Source: Minisyncoccia bacterium (GTDB taxonomy: Bacteria > Patescibacteriota > Minisyncoccia > Phycocordibacterales > CSBR16-119). From it: 64,000 bases of DNA. The notes beneath the pieces are model-generated. The model searched no databases and was not told the DNA's origin. It worked only from the letters and a program-made list of their open reading frames with translations. Numbering within the stretch: the stretch's first letter is position 1; every line of letters begins with the position of its first letter. The position numbers and the translations under genes were made by a program. Shown one piece after another: positions 38,282 through 47,653 of the stretch. The stretch lies in the NCBI GenBank assembly GCA_047619465.1, contig JBLHJW010000001.1, positions 8,911 to 72,910 of the forward strand, written 5' to 3'.

Positions 38282-40441
38282 ATGGCACGAAAGAAAAAGA
38301 AGGCAAACAATCTACTGACTCCTGAAGCAAAGCGTACGCTCTACGCCATTGTTTTATTTTTGGTTGCCATATTTATAGTGCTAGGATCTCTAAATGTTGC
38401 TGGACCAGCTGGCTTGGCTGTTCACAAGGCTTTGATGTTTCTCTTTGGGTATGGATTCATATTTGTTCCTGTACTTGCTATAGCTTACGGATCATACCTA
38501 TTTAACTTTATTGAAAGCGTAGACAGGAAAACAATCATTGGATCTATTCTACTTATTGTTTCATCTCTTGGACTGTTGTCTCTTGCAGGAGAGGAAGCTG
38601 GAGGTCTAATTGGTAAGCTAATTCAAAATCCTTTAGTAAAACTATTAGATATATATGTGGGAGCAATACTACTCCTAGGAGTCTTTGCTTCTTCAATAGT
38701 TCTTGTTTTTAATATACCTCTATCCTTGAATGCTTTCAAAGTAAAGCTTTCTTCTATCTTTAAGAAGAGGACAAAGGAGATCGATAGTGATCACGAAGAA
38801 GACGAATATGAAGAAGATTATGAAGAAGAGGAATATGAAGAAGATTATGAAGAAGAGGAAAAAGAAACTTCTGAACCAACAATAACAACCAACGAAGAAG
38901 ACGAAATGTTTTCTGGATCTTTCGAGTTCAAAGAGTACACTCCACCACCCCTATCTCTCCTAGCAAAAGACAAAGGTAAGCCAAACGTTGGAGACATAAA
39001 AGCAAACTCTAATATAATTAAAATAACTCTACAAAACTTCGGTATTGAAGTTGAGATGGATGAAATAACAGTTGGTCCAACGATTACAAGGTATGCCATG
39101 AAGCCAGCTCAAGGTGTAAAGATATCTAGAATAATAGGATTGAAAAACGATCTATCTCTAGCTCTAGCCGCTCACCCTATCAGAATTCAAGCTCCTATTC
39201 CAGGAAAGGCCCTCGTCGGTGTAGAAGTACCTAACAAAACAAAATCAATGGTTGGTCTTGGTAACCTTGTTGCAACACGAGAGTTCCAAGAAAGTCCAAA
39301 AGATCTACTTGTTGCTCTTGGTAAAGGGGTGTCAGGTAAGCCACAGTACACAAACATCGCAAAAATGCCTCACCTTCTTATTGCTGGTGCGACTGGTGCA
39401 GGTAAATCTGTAACGGTTCATGCGATCATAACGTCACTTCTGTATAGAAATGGGCCTGCGAATCTACGCTTCATAATGGTTGACCCAAAAAGAGTTGAAC
39501 TTACTTTATATAACAAAATACCTCACCTGCTAACACCAGTTATCAAAGAAGCAAAGAAAGCCATCCTTGCTCTAAACTGGGCTATAAAAGAAATGGAACG
39601 GAGGTATGACATCCTAGAATCAGAAGCAGTGAGAGATCTTCAGTCATATCATAAAAAGTTTGAAGAAGAAAAGGAAGCCGGGATTGACGATGAAGAAAAA
39701 GGAATGGAGAGACTTCCCTACATTGTTATTATTATCGATGAGGTGGCAGATATAATGCAGACTTACCCAAGAGAGCTTGAGTCTGGGGTTGTTCGTCTAG
39801 CTCAGATGAGTCGAGCTATTGGAATTCACTTAATACTTTCAACTCAAAGGCCATCAGTAAATGTGGTAACAGGACTTATCAAAGCAAACGTCCCTGCTAG
39901 ACTTGCTCTACAAGTGGCTTCACAGGTTGATTCTAAAACAATTCTGGACCAGTCTGGAGCAGAAACACTACTTGGAGCAGGAGATATGCTTTACCTATCT
40001 GGTGACATGTCTCAACCTGAGCGTATACAATGTGCATTTATTTCTGAAGGAGAAGTTAAAGCTGTTGTTAAGTACCTAGCCAAAGCCTACCAAGACGAGG
40101 TTCAAGAAGAAATAATCTTTACAAAAGAACAGGAAGGAGTTCGAGGTTCTATCTTCTCTTCGTCTGTTAACGATGACGATGATGATGACCTATACGAAGA
40201 AGCAAGAGAGCTAGTTATCAATACAAAGAAAGCCAGCACTTCCTATCTACAGAGGAAGCTAAAAATAGGATACTCGCGAGCTGCTAGGCTAATTGATATA
40301 CTAGAAGAGCGAGGAGTTGTTGGACCAGCAAATGGTTCAAAGCCTCGAGACGTACATGAAAAGGCCGACAACGAAGTCGAAGAGTACGAAGAAGAGTTAG
40401 AAGATGAATCAACAGAAGACTATGATCAAGAGGAAGAATAG
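38282..40441 (+). CDS. ftsK: DNA translocase FtsK/SpoIIIE
   Basis: 719 aa. N-terminal TM helices, an acidic linker with a tandem DYEEEEYEE repeat, a Walker A motif LLIAGATGAGKSV, an FtsK alpha/beta domain, and a C-terminal gamma-like winged helix (…TSYLQRKLKIGYSRAARLIDILEERGVVG…) with an acidic tail. Confidence 0.85.
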   Translation: MARKKKKANNLLTPEAKRTLYAIVLFLVAIFIVLGSLNVAGPAGLAVHKALMFLFGYGFIFVPVLAIAYGSYLFNFIESVDRKTIIGSILLIVSSLGLLSLAGEEAGGLIGKLIQNPLVKLLDIYVGAILLLGVFASSIVLVFNIPLSLNAFKVKLSSIFKKRTKEIDSDHEEDEYEEDYEEEEYEEDYEEEEKETSEPTITTNEEDEMFSGSFEFKEYTPPPLSLLAKDKGKPNVGDIKANSNIIKITLQNFGIEVEMDEITVGPTITRYAMKPAQGVKISRIIGLKNDLSLALAAHPIRIQAPIPGKALVGVEVPNKTKSMVGLGNLVATREFQESPKDLLVALGKGVSGKPQYTNIAKMPHLLIAGATGAGKSVTVHAIITSLLYRNGPANLRFIMVDPKRVELTLYNKIPHLLTPVIKEAKKAILALNWAIKEMERRYDILESEAVRDLQSYHKKFEEEKEAGIDDEEKGMERLPYIVIIIDEVADIMQTYPRELESGVVRLAQMSRAIGIHLILSTQRPSVNVVTGLIKANVPARLALQVASQVDSKTILDQSGAETLLGAGDMLYLSGDMSQPERIQCAFISEGEVKAVVKYLAKAYQDEVQEEIIFTKEQEGVRGSIFSSSVNDDDDDDLYEEARELVINTKKASTSYLQRKLKIGYSRAARLIDILEERGVVGPANGSKPRDVHEKADNEVEEYEEELEDESTEDYDQEEE

Positions 40442-40808
40442 TGAGAGTTTTATTGATTATAAGAGGGTTTTCGTAACCCTTGGACTAATTACTTTTTTTG
40501 TTCTATTGCTGATCTTTACATATAGTAGAATAAGTCATATATGGAGAGGTATAAACCTAACCGTATCTTATCCAATAAGTGGAGAATCTATAGAGAGCCA
40601 GCTAATCTATATCGAAGGCTCTGCACCAAAAGCAATAGAGCTAACAGTCAACGGAAACAGTACCTTTGTCTCAAGGGATGGTGAATTCTCATACCCTATC
40701 CCAGTACATAATGGGTACAATGAGATACACATTGAAGCGACAGACAAGTTTGATAATACGACGAAAGAAATATTAAAAATTAACGGAATAACCAAATCTT
40801 CTGATTAA
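40422..40808 (+). CDS. hypothetical membrane-anchored small protein
   Basis: ~128 aa. One TM helix then a beta-rich domain. It overlaps the ftsK 3' end by ~20 nt, suggesting coupled translation. Confidence 0.35.
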   Translation: MIKRKNSESFIDYKRVFVTLGLITFFVLLLIFTYSRISHIWRGINLTVSYPISGESIESQLIYIEGSAPKAIELTVNGNSTFVSRDGEFSYPIPVHNGYNEIHIEATDKFDNTTKEILKINGITKSSD

Positions 40809-40900
40809 TAATTTACCAAGTCATTTGTAGAAAATGCGCAGTGAGTCGTAGTTAAAAATTTTAAATACTAGCATCGCTAATATGAAAAATTTTTAACAAG

Positions 40901-42127
40901 ATGCAACAAGTATTTACAGAAATGGCGAAGTGTAAATTATTAATTATAAGATTAAAACATAACAATATGGCAGCAAAAAAACCCAAAGAGAAAGAGGAAA
41001 AAATTGATCAACCTAAGAAAACTGAAAAGGAAGATTCTGTGAAGCCAGTGGAAGAAAAGAAAATAACCGCTGTCGAGAAAAAAGAAATTGAAAAAGCAGA
41101 AAAGGTAAAGGAGGCTGATGCAAATGCAATCCAAGACACCATCAAGTCCATCCAAACAAAGTTCGGTGAAGGAGCAATCATGAAGCTTGGAGGTATTCCA
41201 AGTGTCGATATTGGAGCTGTTTCCACTGGATCACTAGGACTCGATGCTGCGCTTGGAGTCGGCGGACTACCCAAAGGACGAGTTGTAGAGATATATGGAC
41301 CAGAATCATCTGGTAAAACAACACTGTCTCTACACGTAATAGCAGAAGCTCAAAAAGCAGGAGGTGTGTGTGCTTTTATAGATGCCGAACATGCTATCGA
41401 CCCAGAATATGCCAAGAAGCTTGGAGTAGATATTGACAACCTTCTAATATCTCAACCAGACACAGGAGAGCAAGCACTGGAGATCACAGAGAGCCTTGTG
41501 CGTTCTGGAAAGATAACACTTATCGTTATTGACTCTGTGGCAGCTCTAACACCTAAAGACGAAATAGAGGGAGATATGGGAGCCTACCACGTAGGGAAAC
41601 AGGCTAGACTGATGTCACAGGCTTTGCGTAAGCTTACAGCTCTGACAGCCAAGACAAATACAATGATCATCTTCATTAACCAGATCCGAATGAAAATCGG
41701 AGTTATGTTTGGTTCTCCGGAGACAACACCTGGAGGAAAAGCTCTAAAGTTCTACACTTCTGTAAGGCTTGATATCAGAAGAATTGCTCAGATTAAAAAA
41801 GGTGAAGATGTTGTAGGAGCTCGAACACGAGTAAAGGTGGTAAAAAACAAAGTTGCCGCACCGTTTAAGAAAACTGAATTCGATATTATCTACAATGAAG
41901 GAATCTCACGATCAGGAGAACTTCTTGCTCTAGGAGAAAAGATGGGAATAGTTAAGAAGTCAGGAGCATCCTACAGCTACCTCCCTGCCGACGGTGGAGA
42001 TGAAGTGAAGCTTGCTCGTGGATATGATGCAACTCGAAAAGTTCTTGAAGATAAAGACAACAAGAAACTTCTCTCTTCCCTGCTTAAAGATGTAAAGAAA
42101 GGGTTGAAGGATGAGAAGAATCAGTAA
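40901..42127 (+). CDS. recA: recombinase RecA with a Lys/Glu-rich N-terminal extension
   Basis: Core …[61 protein letters not shown]… with conserved L1/L2 loops. The first 50-75 aa are KE-rich ([29 protein letters not shown]…). The likely true start is MAAKKPK at 40967. Confidence 0.9.
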   Translation: MQQVFTEMAKCKLLIIRLKHNNMAAKKPKEKEEKIDQPKKTEKEDSVKPVEEKKITAVEKKEIEKAEKVKEADANAIQDTIKSIQTKFGEGAIMKLGGIPSVDIGAVSTGSLGLDAALGVGGLPKGRVVEIYGPESSGKTTLSLHVIAEAQKAGGVCAFIDAEHAIDPEYAKKLGVDIDNLLISQPDTGEQALEITESLVRSGKITLIVIDSVAALTPKDEIEGDMGAYHVGKQARLMSQALRKLTALTAKTNTMIIFINQIRMKIGVMFGSPETTPGGKALKFYTSVRLDIRRIAQIKKGEDVVGARTRVKVVKNKVAAPFKKTEFDIIYNEGISRSGELLALGEKMGIVKKSGASYSYLPADGGDEVKLARGYDATRKVLEDKDNKKLLSSLLKDVKKGLKDEKNQ

Positions 42128-42150
42128 TTATAGGTTAATAATTCAACGTT

Positions 42151-42804
42151 ATGGAAAAATCACCTTACGAAAATTTAAATACTAGAGGGTCAGAATTAGA
42201 TAAGAGAGAAAAACCCAGAAGTTCAGAATTGGATCTAAGATCCCAGGAAGAAATCGATGAAACAGCACACCTAAATCCAAAAGAATGGAAAGACTCTGAA
42301 GGGGTTGTTGATACAGATGATTCCTTTGAGACTTTTGGTGAGTCAAAAGAAGAAGAGGAGGAGGACGATCTGGGAGGAATAGTTACTGAAGAAGAAGTCG
42401 GTAATGTGGAAGCAGAAGATATAAGAATTAAAAGAGAGGCGGACCTAGATAGAATGGAAAAGAAGGCGGCGTTAGAGATTACTGATATAGACAGAGAAGC
42501 TACTCTAATGAAAGAGCTCCAGCAAGATCACCCGGAAAGAGACGAAGAGCCCTTCCGACAAAGCATGACAGGTCACATTCTTGGTTCGGAAAAAATTGAC
42601 AGAAGGGAGATCAAGGATTTTAAAAAGAGACAGACTAACTGGGATAATCAAAAGACAGAAAAAAAGAAAGATTATTATCGTGCAGATAATCCAGAGAAAG
42701 TGGCAGCTAAAAAAGATGCAAAAAAAGGAAACAAAAAAGGATTCTTTGGAAAAGTTCTCAACATGTTTAAAAGTGACGATAGCGACCAAAACAAAGCAGC
42801 ATAA
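42151..42804 (+). CDS. hypothetical highly charged (E/D/K-rich) low-complexity protein
   Basis: 217 aa, predicted disordered. Not RecX-like despite its position after recA. Confidence 0.35.
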   Translation: MEKSPYENLNTRGSELDKREKPRSSELDLRSQEEIDETAHLNPKEWKDSEGVVDTDDSFETFGESKEEEEEDDLGGIVTEEEVGNVEAEDIRIKREADLDRMEKKAALEITDIDREATLMKELQQDHPERDEEPFRQSMTGHILGSEKIDRREIKDFKKRQTNWDNQKTEKKKDYYRADNPEKVAAKKDAKKGNKKGFFGKVLNMFKSDDSDQNKAA

Positions 42805-42810
42805 ACAAAA

Positions 42811-42838
42811 AAGCCTTGGCAAACGCCAAGGCTTTTTA
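42811..42838. terminator. bidirectional intrinsic terminator
   Basis: Perfect hairpin GCCTTGGC-AAAC-GCCAAGGC flanked by AAAAAA and TTTTT. Confidence 0.6.
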
Positions 42839-42841
42839 ATA

Positions 42842-43381
42842 TCAAGGATATATTGTCTTTACAAATGAATCCTGGAAATAAACGTCTTCCGTAGGTTGAT
42901 AGTGAATATTGTCTATAGGACAAGATCTCTGACAACTCAGTCCTTCTAAGGAGCATGGGACAAAACCTCTTCCCACAAACCCAGGAAAGGGATCAGTTAA
43001 ATCCTCTACCACAGGTCTGACAACAGACCTTGGACAAACACTTGTTTTTTTTATTGACCTTCGAGGGTTATTTGGTGTTATGTAACCTGCTGCCCCCTTA
43101 CTAAAGCCAGGGCAATGCTTGTTGAGATAATCTTCTATTTCTCGTTCTTCTAAATTTACTTTTATGTACACAGTTCTTTCGAAGATCGGGAAATCGTTAA
43201 CCCAATCCATATCTACTTTCTGCCCTTTGCTATAGTAAATATTAACCATAACTCCTTTAACTTCTGTTGTTAAGACATTACTGCTGTCCATGTTCCAGGG
43301 TGGAGGCATATTCATCATATATGTTTGACATCTTTCAACCAAACAAATTTTATAAAGACTCTTTATTATTCCATTTTCCAT
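42842..43381 (-). CDS. hypothetical Cys-containing protein
   Basis: 179 aa with several Cys (…CPGFSKG…CPRSVV…CSLEGLSCQRSCP…). No recognisable family. Confidence 0.3.
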   Translation of the reverse strand: MENGIIKSLYKICLVERCQTYMMNMPPPWNMDSSNVLTTEVKGVMVNIYYSKGQKVDMDWVNDFPIFERTVYIKVNLEEREIEDYLNKHCPGFSKGAAGYITPNNPRRSIKKTSVCPRSVVRPVVEDLTDPFPGFVGRGFVPCSLEGLSCQRSCPIDNIHYQPTEDVYFQDSFVKTIYP

Positions 43382-43461
43382 TTAATCTGCTTAAGTACCG
43401 CTTTTCCATAAGACTAATAAAAAGTTGCTCATAAGTCAATTTTGTTTATAATGGAACCATT

Positions 43462-44040
43462 ATGCTGAGTTACAATGAGATAAAAGAGCGAAGGATTATT
43501 ATTCACAACGGAGAGCCCTGCGAGGTTCTTTCATCACATGTGTTCCGTAAACAGGCTCGTAAGCCAGTGAATCAGACCAAGCTGAAGAACCTGGTATCAG
43601 GAAAAGTTGTTGAACACTCTTTCCACACGTCAGACAAGGCAGAGGAAGCAGATGTGACAAAGAAAGATGTTATTTTTATCTACGAAGCTAAAGGTGAGTA
43701 CTGGTTCCACCCAGAAGGAGATAAAACCGGTAGATTTGCAATAGATGCGAGAACAATTGGAGACGACACTATCAAGTTTCTAAAGGCAAACTCCCCTGCC
43801 AAGATGCTTATATTTGAATACAAAGATGAAGAGCGTATCATCGGAGTCAAACTCCCAATGAAAATGACTTTCAAAGTCAAAGATGCTCCCCCAGGAATCA
43901 AAGGAAATACCGCTACAGGAGGAGACAAAGTCGTCACACTAGAAAATGGCACAAAAATCACAACACCACTCTTCATAGAAGTCGGACAGGAGATTATAGT
44001 AAACACAGAGAAAGCAGAGTATGTAGAAAGAGCTAAATAA
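43462..44040 (+). CDS. efp: elongation factor P
   Basis: 192 aa with the three-domain EF-P pattern (…GVKLPMKMTFKVKDAPPGIKGNTATGGDKVVTLENGTKITTPLFIEVGQEIIVNTE…). The beta3-beta4 loop is non-canonical. Confidence 0.85.
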   Translation: MLSYNEIKERRIIIHNGEPCEVLSSHVFRKQARKPVNQTKLKNLVSGKVVEHSFHTSDKAEEADVTKKDVIFIYEAKGEYWFHPEGDKTGRFAIDARTIGDDTIKFLKANSPAKMLIFEYKDEERIIGVKLPMKMTFKVKDAPPGIKGNTATGGDKVVTLENGTKITTPLFIEVGQEIIVNTEKAEYVERAK

Positions 44041-44068
44041 AAAAACGCCTTACGGCGATTTTTTATTT
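44041..44068. terminator. weak bidirectional terminator between efp and rpsR
   Basis: AACGCC-TTAC-GGCGAT followed by TTTTTTATTT, with an A-run upstream. Confidence 0.45.
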
Positions 44069-44084
44069 ACCTTCTCAGCGTTTT

Positions 44085-44285
44085 CTACTCAGCGACGTAT
44101 GCCATAAGTGACATAAATCGTGCGTGCTTGATGGCTTCTGCCACCCTTCGCTGATTCTTTGCAGTCAGTCCTGTTCTTCGTCGGCTCATGATTCGTCCGG
44201 AAGGATTGATGAACTTTCCTAGTATATCGATATCTCGAAAGTCGATATGTGGAATATTGTTTTGTGTGTAGTAATCTTGTTTCAT
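44085..44285 (-). CDS. rpsR: ribosomal protein S18
   Basis: 66 aa. …IDFRDIDILGKFINPSGRIMSRRRTGLTAKNQRRVAEAIKHARFMSL…. Confidence 0.8.
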   Translation of the reverse strand: MKQDYYTQNNIPHIDFRDIDILGKFINPSGRIMSRRRTGLTAKNQRRVAEAIKHARFMSLMAYVAE

Positions 44286-44462
44286 ATTTTTATCTTTTTA
44301 CAATTTTAAATAATTTATCTTTTTACAGATTAGAATATCTAGTTTTTTAAAATTACTTTAGATTTTTATTTTCTAACCGAGAAATATCTTGAAGCGGGAG
44401 AGATACTCCAGCGAAAGATTTTTGAGGGAGAGCAAATAAAAAGATGAAATGATTTTAGAAAA

Positions 44463-44915
44463 CTAGAATGGGATGTCGTCAGGGTTGATGTCTACATCAG
44501 GATATTCTACTTCTGGAGCTGGTTGCTCCTTATTTGCAGAGTCTGCCTGTGGTGCACTACTTGCCCCACCGCCATATGAAGCTCCATCACCTTTTGAACC
44601 AAACTGAATATTATCTGCAACAATTTCTGTTCGATAGTTTTTCTTGCCATCTTGACCATCCCAAGACCGAGTTTGAATTCTACCTTCAATAAGAAGCGAA
44701 CTTCCTTTCTTCATGTACTGAGAAACAGTCTCAGCTTGTCGTCCAAAGACAACAACGTTGTGGAACTGAACCTCTTCTTTCTTTTGCCCGTCTTGACCTT
44801 TCCAAGTTCGGTTTGTAGCTACACCAAATGATGCAACTTTGATTCCAGATGGAAGAGCTTTTAGTTCTGGATCCTTTGTTAGGTTCCCTATAATAATAGC
44901 TTTGTTTAGATACAT
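44463..44915 (-). CDS. ssb: single-stranded DNA-binding protein
   Basis: 150 aa. OB fold MYLNKAIIIGNLTKDPEL…, a Gly-rich tail and the C-terminal acidic tip …DDIPF. Confidence 0.85.
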   Translation of the reverse strand: MYLNKAIIIGNLTKDPELKALPSGIKVASFGVATNRTWKGQDGQKKEEVQFHNVVVFGRQAETVSQYMKKGSSLLIEGRIQTRSWDGQDGKKNYRTEIVADNIQFGSKGDGASYGGGASSAPQADSANKEQPAPEVEYPDVDINPDDIPF

Positions 44916-44961
44916 AAATATATTTAATTTAAATTAATAACTTTAATACCTTTATTATACC

Positions 44962-45501
44962 TTAAACTTCTTCTGATGCAGTTTCTTGGTCTTTGCCATC
45001 CTCTTTGGCTTCACCTTCTACCTTATCTGCAGATTCATCGTCTAGCATCTTGTCTAACTGCTCATCAACCTTCTTTTCACTCATGTCTCCCTCAACAACA
45101 GGCTCTGGAGCTTTCTCAACTTTCCTAACAGGCGCTGCAACAATCTCCTTTCCTTGAAGAATTGCAAAAACGTCTTTAGAAATCATTGTGTTCTCCTTTA
45201 CTGTCTTCAGAGTCAAGTAACGCAAAAGCACCTTGATATTATCAAGTCCCTTTTTTACATCTTGAGCTTCAGACTGCTCTACATCGTACTTTACCCACCC
45301 AAAGTGAGCTGTCTCGTGAGTTTTATACTTGTTGTCCATTCGGTGACGAATAGAATATGCAAGATTAATAACTTGAGGATATTCTTCTGAAATAATTTCT
45401 CCACCTTTTGAAGTAATAACCTCCTTTAGCTTCCCTACTTGTGTTGCAAGCTCATCGCTAGCAAGAGTAGGTAGAAACGAAAATGATGTTTCGTAAATCA
45501 T
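44962..45501 (-). CDS. rpsF: ribosomal protein S6 with an acidic C-terminal extension
   Basis: MIYETSFSFLP…INLAYSIRHRMDNKYKTHETAHFGWVKY… Start is set at the internal ATG (45501). rpsF-ssb-rpsR is the classic operon order, and no rplI follows. Confidence 0.8.
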   Translation of the reverse strand: MIYETSFSFLPTLASDELATQVGKLKEVITSKGGEIISEEYPQVINLAYSIRHRMDNKYKTHETAHFGWVKYDVEQSEAQDVKKGLDNIKVLLRYLTLKTVKENTMISKDVFAILQGKEIVAAPVRKVEKAPEPVVEGDMSEKKVDEQLDKMLDDESADKVEGEAKEDGKDQETASEEV

Positions 45502-45614
45502 ATATTTGTAATTTTTTAAAATCTTTGTAAATGTCTGTCTCGAACCAATGCGATACGCTATCAGTGCGCATCGAACAGACAAAAGAGATATTACCAGAGA
45601 GAGCTCTATATGTC

Positions 45615-45645
45615 AAAAGCCCTTTTCGGGGCTTTTGGTCTTTAT
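45615..45645 (-). terminator. intrinsic terminator downstream of gene 45669..46709
   Basis: AAAGCCC-TTTTCG-GGGCTTT with flanking T/A runs. Confidence 0.45.
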
Positions 45646-45668
45646 TTATCTTTTAGATATAAAACTAT

Positions 45669-46709
45669 TTAATATAATGCTTCATATAATTGGGTAGCCC
45701 CAGTTACTGAAAAGCTAAACTCATCAACAACGATACCTCCTACAAATCCTCGAGCAAACAAGTTTGTAGCAAGAATAGGGTCTAGGTTTCCATAATCAAG
45801 TGACCAATTTTGTTGCCCATTTGGATCCATTGAACTAAGCGATGCCTCCCCCCAAAGAACGTAGTCATCTTCTGCCATCCCTGTTCCTGTTGGAATAGCC
45901 CAAATCTCAACCCTTTCAACCCCCCTACTTTGGACAATTATATTAGATTGGTCTTTTAATACATAAAAATTATCTAAATAAGCTTCCTCAACATTTGTTT
46001 CTGAGCCAGCTTCTGAAACCACGTCATTTTGAATTACTTCAGATTGTTCTTGTTCTAAATTATCTAGATCTTCTAACCCTTCTTCTTGCTCCAGATCTAT
46101 TGTATCCTCTGTTTCTGGATATTGTCGTGATCCATTACCATTTTGAAGTTCTTTAATTTTTGCTTCAAGATTAGAAAGCTTGTTTAAAAGAAATTGTATT
46201 TTTTCATCAATAGCGGATCTAACTTCCCCTTGTTTGTTTATAGCTCTTTGTATAGCTTCTTTGGCTTCTGGATTTTCTAATTTATCTTGCACAGCAGTAA
46301 GGACATTTGTTCTAGTGTCAGCTGTACTTGATATATTATCTAATATTTCTTCTTGTTTCTTGTCATCTTCTATTCTATCTGTAGAATTTGTAGCTTTAGT
46401 AGTATATTTGTCTGATTCATCAAAAAGCACACTCGCTTCATCAGTATCTCCTATTTCAAGCTTTTCTTTTGCTAATTCAAAATTTCTACTTGAAAAATCT
46501 TGTAATAGATCAATCTTGTTTACAGGTTTAAATGTAAAAAATAACCTTACTTTATCAAAAAATCCCACAGGCTTAATCTCTGTGTTTATACTATATTGAT
46601 ATGAAGCCGTGGCTTCTGTATCAGATGTTTGGGCAAATGATGATGCTCCAAAAAATAGGAAGGCTATAGCCCCTATTGTTACTAAACTTAATAATATTTT
46701 ATTTGTCAT
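45669..46709 (-). CDS. hypothetical secreted/membrane-anchored coiled-coil protein (DUF5667-like architecture)
   Basis: 346 aa. Signal peptide/TM MTNKILLSLVTIGAIAFLFFGASSFA, a long acidic helical region, and a C-terminal beta domain. Confidence 0.4.
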   Translation of the reverse strand: MTNKILLSLVTIGAIAFLFFGASSFAQTSDTEATASYQYSINTEIKPVGFFDKVRLFFTFKPVNKIDLLQDFSSRNFELAKEKLEIGDTDEASVLFDESDKYTTKATNSTDRIEDDKKQEEILDNISSTADTRTNVLTAVQDKLENPEAKEAIQRAINKQGEVRSAIDEKIQFLLNKLSNLEAKIKELQNGNGSRQYPETEDTIDLEQEEGLEDLDNLEQEQSEVIQNDVVSEAGSETNVEEAYLDNFYVLKDQSNIIVQSRGVERVEIWAIPTGTGMAEDDYVLWGEASLSSMDPNGQQNWSLDYGNLDPILATNLFARGFVGGIVVDEFSFSVTGATQLYEALY

Positions 46710-46808
46710 ATGATTTTGATCTGTTTTAGTAGAATTATTATTAATAAACGAGCCAGATATGATTCGTACGATATAAGACGTATATAGTATAATTATATTA
46801 CAGTAATA

Positions 46809-47618
46809 TTATATACCAAAAAGTCTTTTGGTGTTTTCCAAAAGCTGAACTCGTAGAGTCTCAACCTCTGACCCCCGCAGTACAGCGAGTTTTTCTACAA
46901 CAGATATTACATGCCATGGCTCTGCTCTCTTTCCTCGATATGGAACAGGTGCCACATATGGAGCGTCTGTCTCGGACAGCATTCGATCAAGAGGGATCCC
47001 TTTTACCACTTCATCGTAGTCATGAGTAAATGTAATAACTCCAGTAAATGATATATAGAAACCAAGATCTATAAATCTGTTGGCAATATCTAGATTCCCA
47101 GCGAAAAAGTGAGCATCTCCACGAAGCTGTTCTCCTGCAGAAGCCTTGTATTCAGTCAGTATTTTCAAGGTGTCTTCGTAGGCGTCAAATGAGTTTTTAG
47201 AAGGCCTTATGTGTAACATAAGTGGTTTATCATGTTTGATTGCAAACTCAATCTGAGCTCGAAATTGAGCCTCCTGTCGCTCTTTTTCACCCGTATCTGA
47301 GGCTGTTGTTCTAAAGTAGTCTAGACCGCACTCCCCCACACAAACGACCTTTTTCTCCTTCATGAATTTCTCATAGAATTCTGGATTAAACACCTCTCTA
47401 TCTGTCTCGGTTGGGTGAAGCCCAACAGCAGCGTATAGGTTTTCTGATAATCCAGCTATCTCAACAGCTTTAGCTGAGCTCTTCTCATCCACTCCAACAG
47501 TAATAGTTCCCACCTCTTTTTCCTCGAGTGCTGAAATAACCTGCGAATAGTCGTCGCTGAATTGAGCTAGATTTAAATGTGAATGGATATCAAAATATTT
47601 CATAAGGTAACTATACAA
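46809..47618 (-). CDS. tatD: TatD-family Mg-dependent deoxyribonuclease
   Basis: …MKYFDIHSHLNL…, …VGECGLDY…, …HIRPSK… (His/Asp metal ligands of the TIM-barrel amidohydrolase fold). The likely start is the internal MKYFD Met at 47600. Confidence 0.8.
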   Translation of the reverse strand: MYSYLMKYFDIHSHLNLAQFSDDYSQVISALEEKEVGTITVGVDEKSSAKAVEIAGLSENLYAAVGLHPTETDREVFNPEFYEKFMKEKKVVCVGECGLDYFRTTASDTGEKERQEAQFRAQIEFAIKHDKPLMLHIRPSKNSFDAYEDTLKILTEYKASAGEQLRGDAHFFAGNLDIANRFIDLGFYISFTGVITFTHDYDEVVKGIPLDRMLSETDAPYVAPVPYRGKRAEPWHVISVVEKLAVLRGSEVETLRVQLLENTKRLFGI

Positions 47619-47629
47619 AATTAAAACAA

Positions 47630-47653
47630 AAATAAAAACCCTTTCGGGTCTTT
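47630..47653 (-). terminator. weak intrinsic terminator downstream of metG
   Basis: ACCC-TTTC-GGGT followed by a T-run on the minus strand. Confidence 0.4.

Noticed and set aside
42151-42804. RecX, expected downstream of recA.
   Set aside because: The ORF is acidic/basic low-complexity and predicted disordered. It lacks the three-helical-repeat pattern and the basic character of RecX.
42842-43381. Collagen prolyl-4-hydroxylase (2OG-Fe oxygenase), which would pair with the collagen-like protein.
   Set aside because: No HxD…H iron-binding triad or RxS 2-oxoglutarate motif is recognisable. The gene is 10 kb away from the collagen-like gene on the far side of ftsK/recA.
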